Shown one piece after another: positions 10,101-20,006 of a DNA stretch of 41,238 bases; position 1 is the stretch's first letter, and every line of letters begins with the position of its first letter. The stretch covers positions 1 to 41,238 of the forward strand of contig JABCTC010000031.1 in the NCBI GenBank assembly GCA_018238545.1. Reading direction: 5' to 3'. A program made the translations under genes and the position numbers. This DNA is from Candidatus Heimdallarchaeota archaeon (lineage in GTDB: Archaea; Asgardarchaeota; Heimdallarchaeia; Heimdallarchaeales; Heimdallarchaeaceae). The notes beneath the pieces are model-generated. The model ran no database searches. It had not been told where the DNA came from and saw only the letters and a program-made list of their open reading frames with translations.

Positions 10101-10349
10101 ATGAAAACTATGAACAATGAAATTCTTGTTCCCCTCGGATTTGTATCTGAAGGTAAGAAAGTAAGAATCGTTTCTATTATCGGTGGTTCGCGTATTCGTA
10201 ATCGTATTATTGAGATGGGTCTTCGTGAGGGAATAGATATAACTATCATCAAAAATTCTTTTGGTCCTGTTATCATTGCTATTGGACAGACTCGTTTTGC
10301 TTTAGGAAGAGGGATTTCATTCAAAATACTTACAGAATCTGTAAACTAA
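10101..10349 (+). CDS. feoA: Second FeoA-family protein
   Basis: RNRIIEMGL, GPVII, RFALGRG; GGGAGG RBS supports a start at 10101 or 10110. Confidence 0.9.
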   Translation: MKTMNNEILVPLGFVSEGKKVRIVSIIGGSRIRNRIIEMGLREGIDITIIKNSFGPVIIAIGQTRFALGRGISFKILTESVN

Positions 10350-10360
10350 AAGGTGACTAA

Positions 10361-12403
10361 ATGACTATTAAAACTAAAAATGCAAAAGATATTTCTAAGA
10401 GCAGCAAAATTTCTATTAATATTGCACTAGCAGGTAATCCTAATACTGGAAAAAGTACTCTCTTTAATGCTTTAACAGGTTTAAAGCAGAAAATTGGAAA
10501 TTGGCCCGGAGTTACTGTTGAGAAAAAGGAGGGTAAAAGAAGTTTACACAATTTTGAACTCGCTATTACGGATTTACCTGGTACTTATTCTTTGTCTGCT
10601 TCGTCCTTAGATGAACAAATTGCAAGAGATTTCATTGTGTATAATACTCCAGAAATTGTTGTACAAATAGTGGATGCATCGAATTTAGAACGTAATCTCT
10701 ATTTAACTGCAATGCTAAAAGAGTTAGGTGTTAGAGTAATTATAGCTTTAAACATGATGGACTTATTAGAAAAAAATGGTTCCACAATTAATGTTCAAAA
10801 ACTCTCAAAAGAAATAGGTGTTCCAATTGTCCCAATGATTGCTAACAAAAAAATAGGTATTGATAATCTTGAAAATGCAATTGAATCTGTTTATAGAGAG
10901 GATCAAAAATCCATGGAAATTATATATTCGAAGGAAATTGAAGAGACACTTGCAAAAATTCAAAATATGCTTGTAACAATACCTTCAATTCCTACCAATT
11001 TCAACTTGAGATGGTTAGCTATACAAATTCTCCAAAATAACACAGAGATTCTTACACTTCTGGAGCGTTGGAAGGTTAAAGATACTGTTATTGGAGAGTT
11101 AACTTCTTTTGGCAAAGAAGATTATGAGGCTGAAATAATTGATTCAAAGTACGAGTATATTTCTAAAGTTACCTCAAAGGTTTGGAAGAAAGGTGAAACT
11201 AAGTTAACCCGTTCAGATTTAATAGACAAAGTTGTTACACACAAATGGCTTGGAATACCGATCTTTCTTATGGTTATGTGGGGTTCATTTCAATTTGTTT
11301 TTGCTATTTCAGTTCCATTTATGGAACTGATAGATATGCTTTTTGGCTGGTTAGCGGGACTTCTGGTAAATAACATCCAAATTGAATGGTTAGGTTCTTT
11401 ACTAGGTGATGGTATTGTTGGAGGTGTAGGTTCGGTGTTGATTTTTGTACCTCCTATTTTTACAATGTTCTTCATATTATCAATTCTAGAAGACTCAGGA
11501 TATTTGGCTCGTGCAGCATTTGTTATGGATAAATTGATGGTGAAATTTGGCTTACATGGTCATTCATTCATTCCGATGTTATTAGGTTTTGGTTGCAATG
11601 TACCAGCAATCATGAGTACAAGGTCTTTAAAGGATAAAAAAGATAGGATGATTACAATATTGATCAATCCATTCATATCTTGCGGTGCAAGAATGCCAGT
11701 ATTTATCTTATTTGCAGGATTATTTTTTGGAGCATCAGCAGGAACGGTGATTTTTGCCCTATATGTTCTGGGAATTGTGGTTGCAATCCTTACTGCAATT
11801 CTTCTAAGAAAGACATTCTTCAAAGGCAAAGCTGCTCCATTCATTATGGAATTACCTACATACCACTCACCAAAACTAAAATCTGCGATAATTGCAATGT
11901 GGGATAAAGGAAAAATGTACCTGAAGAAAGCAGGAACAATAATTCTGATAGGTGTCATCTTTGTGTGGTTTTTAGCAGCAATGCCTTTTGGTGGAGTAGA
12001 GTATGGTGGTCCAGATACATGGCTAGCAGCTGTTGGTACATTCTTTGAACCCATCTTTAAACCACTTGGATTTGACTGGAGGATAGTTGTTGCTTTAATT
12101 GTTGGTTTTATAGCGAAAGAACTAGTTATTGGCTCATTGGGAACCATTGTTGGTGGTGGTGAAAGTGAAGAAGGTATTAAATCTGCTATTTTAGCTGATG
12201 GTGGTTTCTATGCTTTAAACTCTTTGAGTTTAATGGTTTTTACTCTATTGTATGTTCCTTGTGCAGCAGTTATTGGTGTAATGAGAAAAGAAACAGGTAG
12301 TTGGAAGTGGACAATCTTCTCAATAGTATATAGTACTGTTGTCGCTTGGTTGTTTGCTTTCGCAGTTTTTCAAATAGGATCTCTAATGGGATTTGGATTA
12401 TAG
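10361..12403 (+). CDS. feoB: Ferrous iron transport protein B
   Basis: G1 GNPNTGKS, GNWPGVT, DLPG, NMMD; LEDSGYLARAAF, GFGCNVPA, SCGARMP, LYVPC. Confidence 0.97.
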   Translation: MTIKTKNAKDISKSSKISINIALAGNPNTGKSTLFNALTGLKQKIGNWPGVTVEKKEGKRSLHNFELAITDLPGTYSLSASSLDEQIARDFIVYNTPEIVVQIVDASNLERNLYLTAMLKELGVRVIIALNMMDLLEKNGSTINVQKLSKEIGVPIVPMIANKKIGIDNLENAIESVYREDQKSMEIIYSKEIEETLAKIQNMLVTIPSIPTNFNLRWLAIQILQNNTEILTLLERWKVKDTVIGELTSFGKEDYEAEIIDSKYEYISKVTSKVWKKGETKLTRSDLIDKVVTHKWLGIPIFLMVMWGSFQFVFAISVPFMELIDMLFGWLAGLLVNNIQIEWLGSLLGDGIVGGVGSVLIFVPPIFTMFFILSILEDSGYLARAAFVMDKLMVKFGLHGHSFIPMLLGFGCNVPAIMSTRSLKDKKDRMITILINPFISCGARMPVFILFAGLFFGASAGTVIFALYVLGIVVAILTAILLRKTFFKGKAAPFIMELPTYHSPKLKSAIIAMWDKGKMYLKKAGTIILIGVIFVWFLAAMPFGGVEYGGPDTWLAAVGTFFEPIFKPLGFDWRIVVALIVGFIAKELVIGSLGTIVGGGESEEGIKSAILADGGFYALNSLSLMVFTLLYVPCAAVIGVMRKETGSWKWTIFSIVYSTVVAWLFAFAVFQIGSLMGFGL

Positions 12404-12412
12404 GTGATAAAA

Positions 12413-12904
12413 ATGGAAAAGTCAAAGAATACTTCAGACAATATGAAAACATCTTTACTTATAGGTAGTCTTATTTTCTTAGTTGCAGCTCTAGCTGAAG
12501 TCATACTAGGAGTTTTTAAGATATATGCTGATTCAAAAGAACTAGAAGAACATTGGGTAAATGCAATACCCTTTCCCCCTGGAATTTTTCCAGGATTAAC
12601 AGTCCTTCTTATTGGTTTGATATGGTTAGTAGGTTATTTTGTAACTAGAAAAGGTCAAAATGCTAATGGATACCTTTCTGTGGGCACTATAATTGCATTA
12701 GGATTCATACTCTTGTTCATTTTGATTCTATTAACAGACATTTTTAATGCATATGCTTTGGGACTAGAAGATTATGAAGATTGGACAATCCTAGCTAGTT
12801 TGAGATGGATTATCTTTCTATCTCCAATTCCTATATTCTTTATTATGAAATATAGAGAAGTTATATTTACTAGAAAGAAAAAGACAATAGCCCTACAAAG
12901 TTAG
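12413..12904 (+). CDS. FeoB-associated 4-TM membrane protein of unknown function
   Basis: Four hydrophobic helices, directly after feoB; GGTGA RBS supports ATG at 12413. Confidence 0.75.
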   Translation: MEKSKNTSDNMKTSLLIGSLIFLVAALAEVILGVFKIYADSKELEEHWVNAIPFPPGIFPGLTVLLIGLIWLVGYFVTRKGQNANGYLSVGTIIALGFILLFILILLTDIFNAYALGLEDYEDWTILASLRWIIFLSPIPIFFIMKYREVIFTRKKKTIALQS

Positions 12905-12934
12905 ATATAATGATAAAGGAATGGTGAGTCAATA

Positions 12935-13252
12935 TTGTTATTAGAAGTGTTAAGTGCGATTAATGAAGGGGTTACAACAGTTCAACAGTCTGCAGAAAAA
13001 CTAAACATAGATATTGATTTGTTACATTCTAAACTCGATCATTGTATAACTGTTGGATACCTTCAAAAACAACATGTTGATAAGCAAAAATCAGTTTTAG
13101 ATAATCGTTCATCAAGTAAAGGCTTATCATCATTTTCTTGTAACTTTTGCTCATTCTCTAATAATTGCTCTTTTATTGAGAATGATTATCAAATCTTAAT
13201 CTTAACTTCAAAGGGAAAAAGAGCTATAGAGCATTTAGCTGCAAAACAATAA
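12935..13252 (+). CDS. FeoC-like winged-helix protein with CxxCx5C motif
   Basis: wHTH pattern (AEKLNID...GYLQK...LTSKGK) with CNFCSFSNNC in the wing; located in the feo operon; TTG start after GGTGA. Confidence 0.65.
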   Translation: MLLEVLSAINEGVTTVQQSAEKLNIDIDLLHSKLDHCITVGYLQKQHVDKQKSVLDNRSSSKGLSSFSCNFCSFSNNCSFIENDYQILILTSKGKRAIEHLAAKQ

Positions 13253-13397
13253 AGGTTGCTTATTTGAACAGAATAAGAAGTTCATCTGACTATAGACACC
13301 CACAATTAAAGGAACTACTAAAAATATAATGTGTAATAGAGAAATTGTACAAACGAAAGAATAACAGTTTTTCTACAAATACTGGAGGTAATTAAAA

Positions 13398-14309
13398 ATG
13401 AATGTTGCTCTTTTATCTTTTTCCCCAACTGGGAATACATACAAAGTATCTAGAACGATAGAACAGAAGTTAATAGAAAAGGAAGTAAAAGTTCAATTTA
13501 TTGATTTAACAGGAAATTTAGAATTATTTCCCACTCGTAATTTTAAAAAAATTTTAGAACAAAACATAGAAAAACATGATTTACTTTGTATAGGTGGTCC
13601 AGTATATGCTGATCGCATGCATTATAATATATTAGATATAATCAAGAATCTACCAAAAACCTCTAACAGGTGGAGTGAAATCGCATCTGTTTTTGTAACT
13701 TATGGAGGTGTGTCTTCAGGCATTGCTCTTCAAGATGCTGCAAAACATCTTAGAAAAAGGAAACGTGTTTTGGTTGCAGGTATGAAAATAGATTCTGCTC
13801 ATTCTTTTAATGGATTGTTAAGTATAAAAATTAATGAAGGAAAACCAAATAACGAAGTATTGCCGATAATTGATGATTTTTGTGAAAGAATTGCACATCT
13901 AAGAAATACTTACCATGGTGAAATAAGAGATGTATCAAAATCATTTGCATATCTTCCACTTAAGAATAGAATTTTCTCTAAAATAATTTATAATGAGCGT
14001 TTTATACACAAATTTGTTTATCCGAAGATTAAATTTGATTCTAGCAAATGTCAAAAATGCAATAGTTGTATTAATCATTGTCCAGTTCAATGTATTGAAA
14101 TGAGCAAGGATAGTCCAAAGTTGAAGAAAGGCGGTTTATCATGCATTCATTGTGGGTTGTGTGCTGAGGTTTGCCCACAAAATGCAATAACATTCAACAT
14201 TCAGAAATTTGAAGGCTTCTTAAAAAAGTGGACATTAGAAACAAGCTCATTCCACAGAAATGAGGGGGTTAGATCTGCAGTTTATCCATTAAAGGAGTTT
14301 AAAAAATGA
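13398..14309 (+). CDS. EFR1-family flavodoxin-like + 2x[4Fe-4S] ferredoxin protein
   Basis: FSPTGNT flavodoxin P-loop, GGPVY, TYGG; CQKCNSCINHCP and CIHCGLCAEVCP. Confidence 0.9.
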   Translation: MNVALLSFSPTGNTYKVSRTIEQKLIEKEVKVQFIDLTGNLELFPTRNFKKILEQNIEKHDLLCIGGPVYADRMHYNILDIIKNLPKTSNRWSEIASVFVTYGGVSSGIALQDAAKHLRKRKRVLVAGMKIDSAHSFNGLLSIKINEGKPNNEVLPIIDDFCERIAHLRNTYHGEIRDVSKSFAYLPLKNRIFSKIIYNERFIHKFVYPKIKFDSSKCQKCNSCINHCPVQCIEMSKDSPKLKKGGLSCIHCGLCAEVCPQNAITFNIQKFEGFLKKWTLETSSFHRNEGVRSAVYPLKEFKK

Positions 14310-14515
14310 AAGCTGTCAATATACTACTAAAAATAGTTATTATTATTATTAGTCTCCCAATTGCTGTTTTCTTAAAATTTCAACCAATGTGGTATCCAAC
14401 ACCCGCTGGTGAAATATATGAAGAACTGTATTCGGTTTATGATACAAATGTTTCAACATATCTTTTTTCTGATAAAAAAAATAAATTATTGGTGGATAAT
14501 TCCAATGGATTATGA
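14306..14515 (+). CDS. Small (69 aa) protein with an N-terminal membrane anchor
   Basis: ATGA start/stop overlap with the upstream gene, AAGGAG RBS, hydrophobic N-terminus; its stop overlaps the MFS start. Confidence 0.55.
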   Translation: MKAVNILLKIVIIIISLPIAVFLKFQPMWYPTPAGEIYEELYSVYDTNVSTYLFSDKKNKLLVDNSNGL

Positions 14516-15770
14516 AAGTATTAAGGACATAGACGACAATAAAAATCAAAACAATACTGTTCAGGTTTTGTTACTTGGATTACTGGCCATGTTTGCAATT
14601 ACCTCAGTTGGTATCTTACATACAAACGAGAAAGAGTTTATTCAACTTATTTATCCTTCTATTTCTAATTTCCAGATATCCTTCTATGACACAATTATCT
14701 ATATTTCTTATTTAACTGTTGGAATAATTACTGGGATATTGTCTGATCGTTATGGTAAACGTAAATTATTTATTATAGTAGGCAGTATAGGAGCCTCTCT
14801 ATTTTCTTGGTTGTTAACAATTGCTCCAAACTATCCTGTTTTGTTGACCTTTCGCTTTTTTCAAGGTTCATTCATTGTTCTGTCCTGGCAGACCTTAATG
14901 ACATTGATATTAGACTTATCCTCCCCTCAATCCCGTGGTAGAAACATGGGGATTTATGGAGTTTTCCTTTCACTTGCCATGGGTCTTGGTCCTATGCTTG
15001 GTGGTTTCCTTGCTGTAAAAGGTATTTTCATTCCCTATTATATAGCTGTTATTTTGAATGTTTTAGTTCTCATTGTTGCCTTAGTTATTCTAAGAGAGCC
15101 ACAAAACCTTAATAAAAATCCTTCAATTATTCAAAACCTTTCAATTGTCAAAAACAATCCCAAACTTATCATCCCAAGTATCTTCAATTTTATTGACAGA
15201 TTGCACATGGGATTTATTTTATTCGCTCTACCTTTATTAATTCTTGATGTTTTAGGTTTAGATCCAAGTAAAAGAGGGATGGCTTTAGGTATTTTTGCTA
15301 TTCCCTTCATTCTTCTTCAATATCCTATTGGCAAACTCAGTGATAAAATAGGTCGTTTCAAACCTCTCGTCATTGGAAGCTTTTTCTATGGAATCATCAT
15401 GTGTTTTGTAGGTTTTGCTGGTTCATTTGGTTTTATAAGCTTAGTCGCTATTCTATTTGTTTTAGGTATTTTTTCTGGTATCACTTCTCCACCAAACATG
15501 GCTTTAGTGGGGGATTGTATTAGAAAGGAAGATCGAGCGATGGGGATGGGTTTTTTCAATTTCGCAGGAAATTTAGGAATTATAATTGGACCCTTAATAG
15601 GTGGAGCACTTGTTAATACAGAAAATTATGTAATAGCATTCATAATTGCAGGAATCATTGAATTCCTAGGTTTAATTGTTGTTTGCGTGATTATTATATA
15701 CAAATATCACATAAAAATATTCGAAAAACCTGACCCACAAGCCATGAAAACTCTGATGAAAGGAGATTAA
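14505..15770 (+). CDS. MFS transporter
   Basis: Motif A GILSDRYGKR and GKLSDKIGR, 12 TM; GGTGGA RBS supports ATG at 14505 rather than 14409. Confidence 0.92.
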   Translation: MDYESIKDIDDNKNQNNTVQVLLLGLLAMFAITSVGILHTNEKEFIQLIYPSISNFQISFYDTIIYISYLTVGIITGILSDRYGKRKLFIIVGSIGASLFSWLLTIAPNYPVLLTFRFFQGSFIVLSWQTLMTLILDLSSPQSRGRNMGIYGVFLSLAMGLGPMLGGFLAVKGIFIPYYIAVILNVLVLIVALVILREPQNLNKNPSIIQNLSIVKNNPKLIIPSIFNFIDRLHMGFILFALPLLILDVLGLDPSKRGMALGIFAIPFILLQYPIGKLSDKIGRFKPLVIGSFFYGIIMCFVGFAGSFGFISLVAILFVLGIFSGITSPPNMALVGDCIRKEDRAMGMGFFNFAGNLGIIIGPLIGGALVNTENYVIAFIIAGIIEFLGLIVVCVIIIYKYHIKIFEKPDPQAMKTLMKGD

Positions 15771-15772
15771 TT

Positions 15773-17617
15773 ATGGGAAGGAACATTTTTTTTTCTTTAG
15801 ATAAGGTTCAAACCAGTTTGGTACTAATTAAAAACCTTTGTGATATCTTAATAGTTAGTACTAGTGTTGTTGTAATCGATAGAGTAGCACACACTATATT
15901 TATGGTTGTTACAAATAATTCAATAAAAGACTCTTGGTTTATTTTAAACATTAGTATGATGATTTCTGCTTTAGTATTAAGACTTGTTTTTTCACTTTTT
16001 TCTAATAAAATAACATTCAAAATTTCAGCGAAAATTAAGATCAATGTTCGTGAAAAGATTTATTCTAAATTATTAGATCTTGAAATGAGTTATAAAGATA
16101 TTAAAAAAACTGGTGGACTCGTTACAACTTCTATCGAAGGAGTTGAAGCTCTAGAGGTCTTCTTTGGGTTTTTTCTTCCTCAAATATTTTTAAGTATCCT
16201 AATTCCATTTGGATTATACTTTTATTTGCGCATATATCAACCAACAATAGCTCTTGCTTTAGTTCTAGGAGTACCACTTATTCCCCTATGTGTTGGTGCT
16301 GTTCAAGCTTGGATTAGACATGTTTCAAGGATGCATTGGAGCACATATGAGGATTTGAATAGTTTGTACTTAGATTCCATACAAGGGATTACAACTTTGA
16401 AACTATTTAATTTAGTTGAACAAAGGACAAACACAATTAGGACAAGAAGCTGGGAATTCCGTAATAGAACTATGAAGCTTCTGTACACTAATCTTGTTTC
16501 TATATTGACAATGGATATAATAGCTTTAATGGGAACTGCTTTAGGAATCACATTAGCCATAATCTATCTTTCCTCTCATTTAATTACACTCGCAGGAGCG
16601 ATTGTTGTCTTGTTTCTATCTTATGAAATGTTCAGACCTTTACGTGGTTTAGGTTCTGCTTTCCATGCTGCAATGAATGGGATATCAGCTTCTAAATCAA
16701 TCTTTGAAATTCTCGATCAAAAGACCAAGTTGGAAAAAAGCAAACCTTTCATCATGTTATCTTCAAAAGAAAATTTTGATATAGAATTCTGTAATGTTAA
16801 CTTTACATACACAACTGATACTCCTCAAGTTTTGAAAGGTGTAAATTTTATTGCGAAAACTGATCAAATAACAGCAATAGTTGGTATTAGTGGCTCGGGA
16901 AAATCTACGATTGCCAATTTAATAGTAAAACTGTATGAACCCGCTTCAGGACAGATATACATAGATAAACACGATATAGAAAATATAAGTAGAAACAATA
17001 TAAGGAAATATATTGCAATGGTTTCCCAAAGAACATACTTGTTTCATGGAACCATTAGAGAAAACTTACTTATAGCTAGACCTGAATCAACAGAGGAAGA
17101 ATTATATTTAGTTTGTAAGAAAGCAGGTATTGATTGCTTCATTAAATCACTTCCCAATGGATTAGATTCCTCAATTGTTGAACATGCTAAAAACATATCT
17201 GCAGGTCAAATTCAAAGATTTGGTATAGCGAGAGCATTGTTGAAGGATACTCCCATTCTAATTCTTGATGAACCAACTGCAGATGTTGATAGAGAGAATG
17301 AAGCTAAAATCATTGAAACCATAAAGGAAATCTCTAAAAATAAAACAACAATCGTTATAGCACATCGATTAAGTACAATAAGAGATTCTGATAAAATAAT
17401 TGTTCTTAATAATGGAATTATTTCAGAAGAGGGAACTCATGAAGAACTAATGGAAAAAAACAGTGTTTATGTTAGTCTTGTTCATCATCAACTAGAACAT
17501 GAATCTGCAGATGTTAAAGAAGATATGATAAAGATTTATGCAAGGGTTAGTGGAGCAGGATCAGCAAGAAAACCAAGAGACAGAAGAGGAAGCAAAGATA
17601 GGGGATGCACAGAATGA
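15773..17617 (+). CDS. Fused TMD-NBD ABC transporter subunit (CydD/IrtA/YbtP-like)
   Basis: EGVEALEVFF...LPQ, LDSIQGITTLKLF, FHAAMNG; Walker A GISGSGKST, signature ISAGQ, ILDEP. Confidence 0.88.
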   Translation: MGRNIFFSLDKVQTSLVLIKNLCDILIVSTSVVVIDRVAHTIFMVVTNNSIKDSWFILNISMMISALVLRLVFSLFSNKITFKISAKIKINVREKIYSKLLDLEMSYKDIKKTGGLVTTSIEGVEALEVFFGFFLPQIFLSILIPFGLYFYLRIYQPTIALALVLGVPLIPLCVGAVQAWIRHVSRMHWSTYEDLNSLYLDSIQGITTLKLFNLVEQRTNTIRTRSWEFRNRTMKLLYTNLVSILTMDIIALMGTALGITLAIIYLSSHLITLAGAIVVLFLSYEMFRPLRGLGSAFHAAMNGISASKSIFEILDQKTKLEKSKPFIMLSSKENFDIEFCNVNFTYTTDTPQVLKGVNFIAKTDQITAIVGISGSGKSTIANLIVKLYEPASGQIYIDKHDIENISRNNIRKYIAMVSQRTYLFHGTIRENLLIARPESTEEELYLVCKKAGIDCFIKSLPNGLDSSIVEHAKNISAGQIQRFGIARALLKDTPILILDEPTADVDRENEAKIIETIKEISKNKTTIVIAHRLSTIRDSDKIIVLNNGIISEEGTHEELMEKNSVYVSLVHHQLEHESADVKEDMIKIYARVSGAGSARKPRDRRGSKDRGCTE

Positions 17618-19350
17618 TGTATCAAAAATCTTCAGTTCCTGTTTTATGTAAAAAAGACATGTCCAGATTTCAGATTATTATAAGATTGCTTAGAATGGCT
17701 AAACCACTCTTTGTTCCAATGACCATTGCAACTATCTTTGGTATTTTGAACAATTTATCTAACATTGCTCTTATCGGTTGGGGAGCTTGGTTAATTTCTA
17801 AAATATTTGTTTTGAATACTTCTCCTGCAGTTTGGGAAATAGTTTTACTTTTTATATTTGCACTAATTAAATCCTTTAGTTCATATTTAGAGCAAGCAGA
17901 AAATCATAATGTAGCTTTCCGTTTATTAGCAAATTTACGTACAAAATTTTACAAGAAATTAGAGCCATTAGCTCCAGCAAAGCTAATAAACAAACGTAGT
18001 GGTGACATAATTTCAACTATTTCGGGAGATATAGAACTAATTGAAGTTTTTTTTGCTCATACAATCTCACCAGTTGTAATTGCAGCTATAGTATCTTTGA
18101 CAGTAACTATTTTTCTATCATCATGGTGGGGTATTATTGCTCTAGTAATATTGCCTTTCCAGTTTGTTTTAGGAATGGTTGTACCTCTTATTTGGGAACG
18201 CATTGTTAGAAGTAGGGGGCAAACAATTCAAGCTATCCTTGGAGAAAATAACGCTCATTTAACTGATTCATTACAAGGATTGAAAACTGTCCTTCTTTTT
18301 AACTATGGTAAGAAAAGAAAGGAAGAAATTGCTAACAAAGGATTAGTATTGAACAAGGCAAAGGGAAAATATTCTACAGCTGAAGGTTTTCTAAAAGGGA
18401 TTATAAACGCAATTGTTCTAACTGCAGATATCGTAATAGTTGTTGTTTCAGTAATAGGATTTCAAGCTGGAATATTAAGTATTCAGGGACTAATAATAGT
18501 TGTTGCTATAGCTATCAGTTCATTTGGTCCTTTATTGTCAGTAAGTTCAGTTTCTCATTACTTAACTTTAACATTTGCTGCAGCAGAAAGATTATTCAGA
18601 ATTATTGACGAAGAACCTGTTGTTAAAGACATTCCAGAATGCTCTTCAAAAATACCTTCAGATTATGATATTGAGTTTAATAATGTGTGTTTTAGGTATT
18701 CCCCAAATGAATCGAATGTTTTAGATGGTTTTAGTATGAGTGTGCAACAAGGAACTACTATTGCTCTTGTAGGTGAAAGCGGGTGTGGCAAAAGCACTTC
18801 TTTGCGGTTATTACTTCGTTTTTGGAATTTAGATTCAGGTGAAATCATTATTGGTAAGCGAAATATCAATAATATCTGCCAAAAAACACTCTATCAAATG
18901 ATAGCTGTTGTCTCTTATGACTCATTTTTATTCAATACTACAATTAAAGAAAATATACAATTGGGTAATCCTAGCGGAAGTATGGACGAAATCATAAAAT
19001 ATGCAAAGATGGTTTACATTCATGATTTCATTGAAACATTGCCTAAAAGATATGAAACACAGATAGGAGAGATTGGAGATAGATTATCTAGTGGAGAAAA
19101 ACAGAGAATACTTATTGCTAGAGCATTAATGAAAAACACTCCTATACTAATTTTGGATGAACCTGTTTCTAACTTAGATACTCTAAACGAGAATGCCATT
19201 CAAAAAACTTTGAATGAGGTATGTAAGAATAAAACTGTCATTCTTGTTACCCATAGACTCTCAAGTCTTGCTCATGTTGATTGTGTTTACCAACTTAGAA
19301 ATGGCAAATGCTACAGAATAGAAGAGATTGATACTTTACTTCAATCTTAG
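17614..19350 (+). CDS. Fused TMD-NBD ABC transporter subunit (CydC/IrtB/YbtQ-like)
   Basis: YLEQ..NHNVAFRLL, LAPAKL, DIELIEVFFAHTISP; GESGCGKST, LSSGEKQR, ILDEP; ATGA overlap with its partner. Confidence 0.88.
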   Translation: MMYQKSSVPVLCKKDMSRFQIIIRLLRMAKPLFVPMTIATIFGILNNLSNIALIGWGAWLISKIFVLNTSPAVWEIVLLFIFALIKSFSSYLEQAENHNVAFRLLANLRTKFYKKLEPLAPAKLINKRSGDIISTISGDIELIEVFFAHTISPVVIAAIVSLTVTIFLSSWWGIIALVILPFQFVLGMVVPLIWERIVRSRGQTIQAILGENNAHLTDSLQGLKTVLLFNYGKKRKEEIANKGLVLNKAKGKYSTAEGFLKGIINAIVLTADIVIVVVSVIGFQAGILSIQGLIIVVAIAISSFGPLLSVSSVSHYLTLTFAAAERLFRIIDEEPVVKDIPECSSKIPSDYDIEFNNVCFRYSPNESNVLDGFSMSVQQGTTIALVGESGCGKSTSLRLLLRFWNLDSGEIIIGKRNINNICQKTLYQMIAVVSYDSFLFNTTIKENIQLGNPSGSMDEIIKYAKMVYIHDFIETLPKRYETQIGEIGDRLSSGEKQRILIARALMKNTPILILDEPVSNLDTLNENAIQKTLNEVCKNKTVILVTHRLSSLAHVDCVYQLRNGKCYRIEEIDTLLQS

Positions 19351-19401
19351 TATTATTGAAATGAATTAAAAGAAAAAGCTTGATTATGTTATTTATTCAC
19401 T

Positions 19402-19962
19402 TTATTCAACAGATAAGTCTATTTCTTTTATGATCTCTTTCTTCCTATAATTGAGGATTTTTCCTTTCTGTTCCATAAATGTGAATAAACCCGTTTTTTC
19501 CATTAATTCAATTATTTCTTCTTTTGAGATGTGGAAACAAAATCGAGTAGATAGAAAACCTTCGGGTTTTAAAATCCTATACATTTCATTAAGAACTCTC
19601 TCTTTGTCTTTAATTTCTGGTAACACTCCAAAAAGCATAGCAACATCAACAGTTTCATTTTCTAGACTTGTATCTCCTTCAGATATTATTGTTTTAATAT
19701 TTTGAATTCCTTTCCTTATTGCTCTTCTTTCAACAGTTTCTGTAGCATATCGCTGTTTATCTAAAGCATAGATTGTCCCCTTTGTTATGATCTGTGCTAA
19801 TGGAATCGTAAAAGACCCTACTCCACATCCAAAATCAAGTATAGTGTCATCTTTTCTGATTTTAAGTTTTTTCAATTCTTTTTTAGGTTTAAAGGGATAA
19901 CCAACAATATCTCTCATTCTCAACAACATATACATTACATAATCTTTTATCGTTACATTCAT
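19402..19962 (-). CDS. Class I SAM-dependent methyltransferase
   Basis: ILDFGCGVG motif I, YALD, RILKPEG. Confidence 0.9.
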   Translation of the reverse strand: MNVTIKDYVMYMLLRMRDIVGYPFKPKKELKKLKIRKDDTILDFGCGVGSFTIPLAQIITKGTIYALDKQRYATETVERRAIRKGIQNIKTIISEGDTSLENETVDVAMLFGVLPEIKDKERVLNEMYRILKPEGFLSTRFCFHISKEEIIELMEKTGLFTFMEQKGKILNYRKKEIIKEIDLSVE

Positions 19963-20006
19963 TTCTTATCACAACCTCTCTTTTATTCTCCTTAGCTTTG
20001 TTATTT

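Noticed and set aside
15773-19350. Assigning the gene symbols cydD/cydC
   Set aside because: No cydAB in the window and the iron-operon context argues for another function; orthology cannot be established by eye
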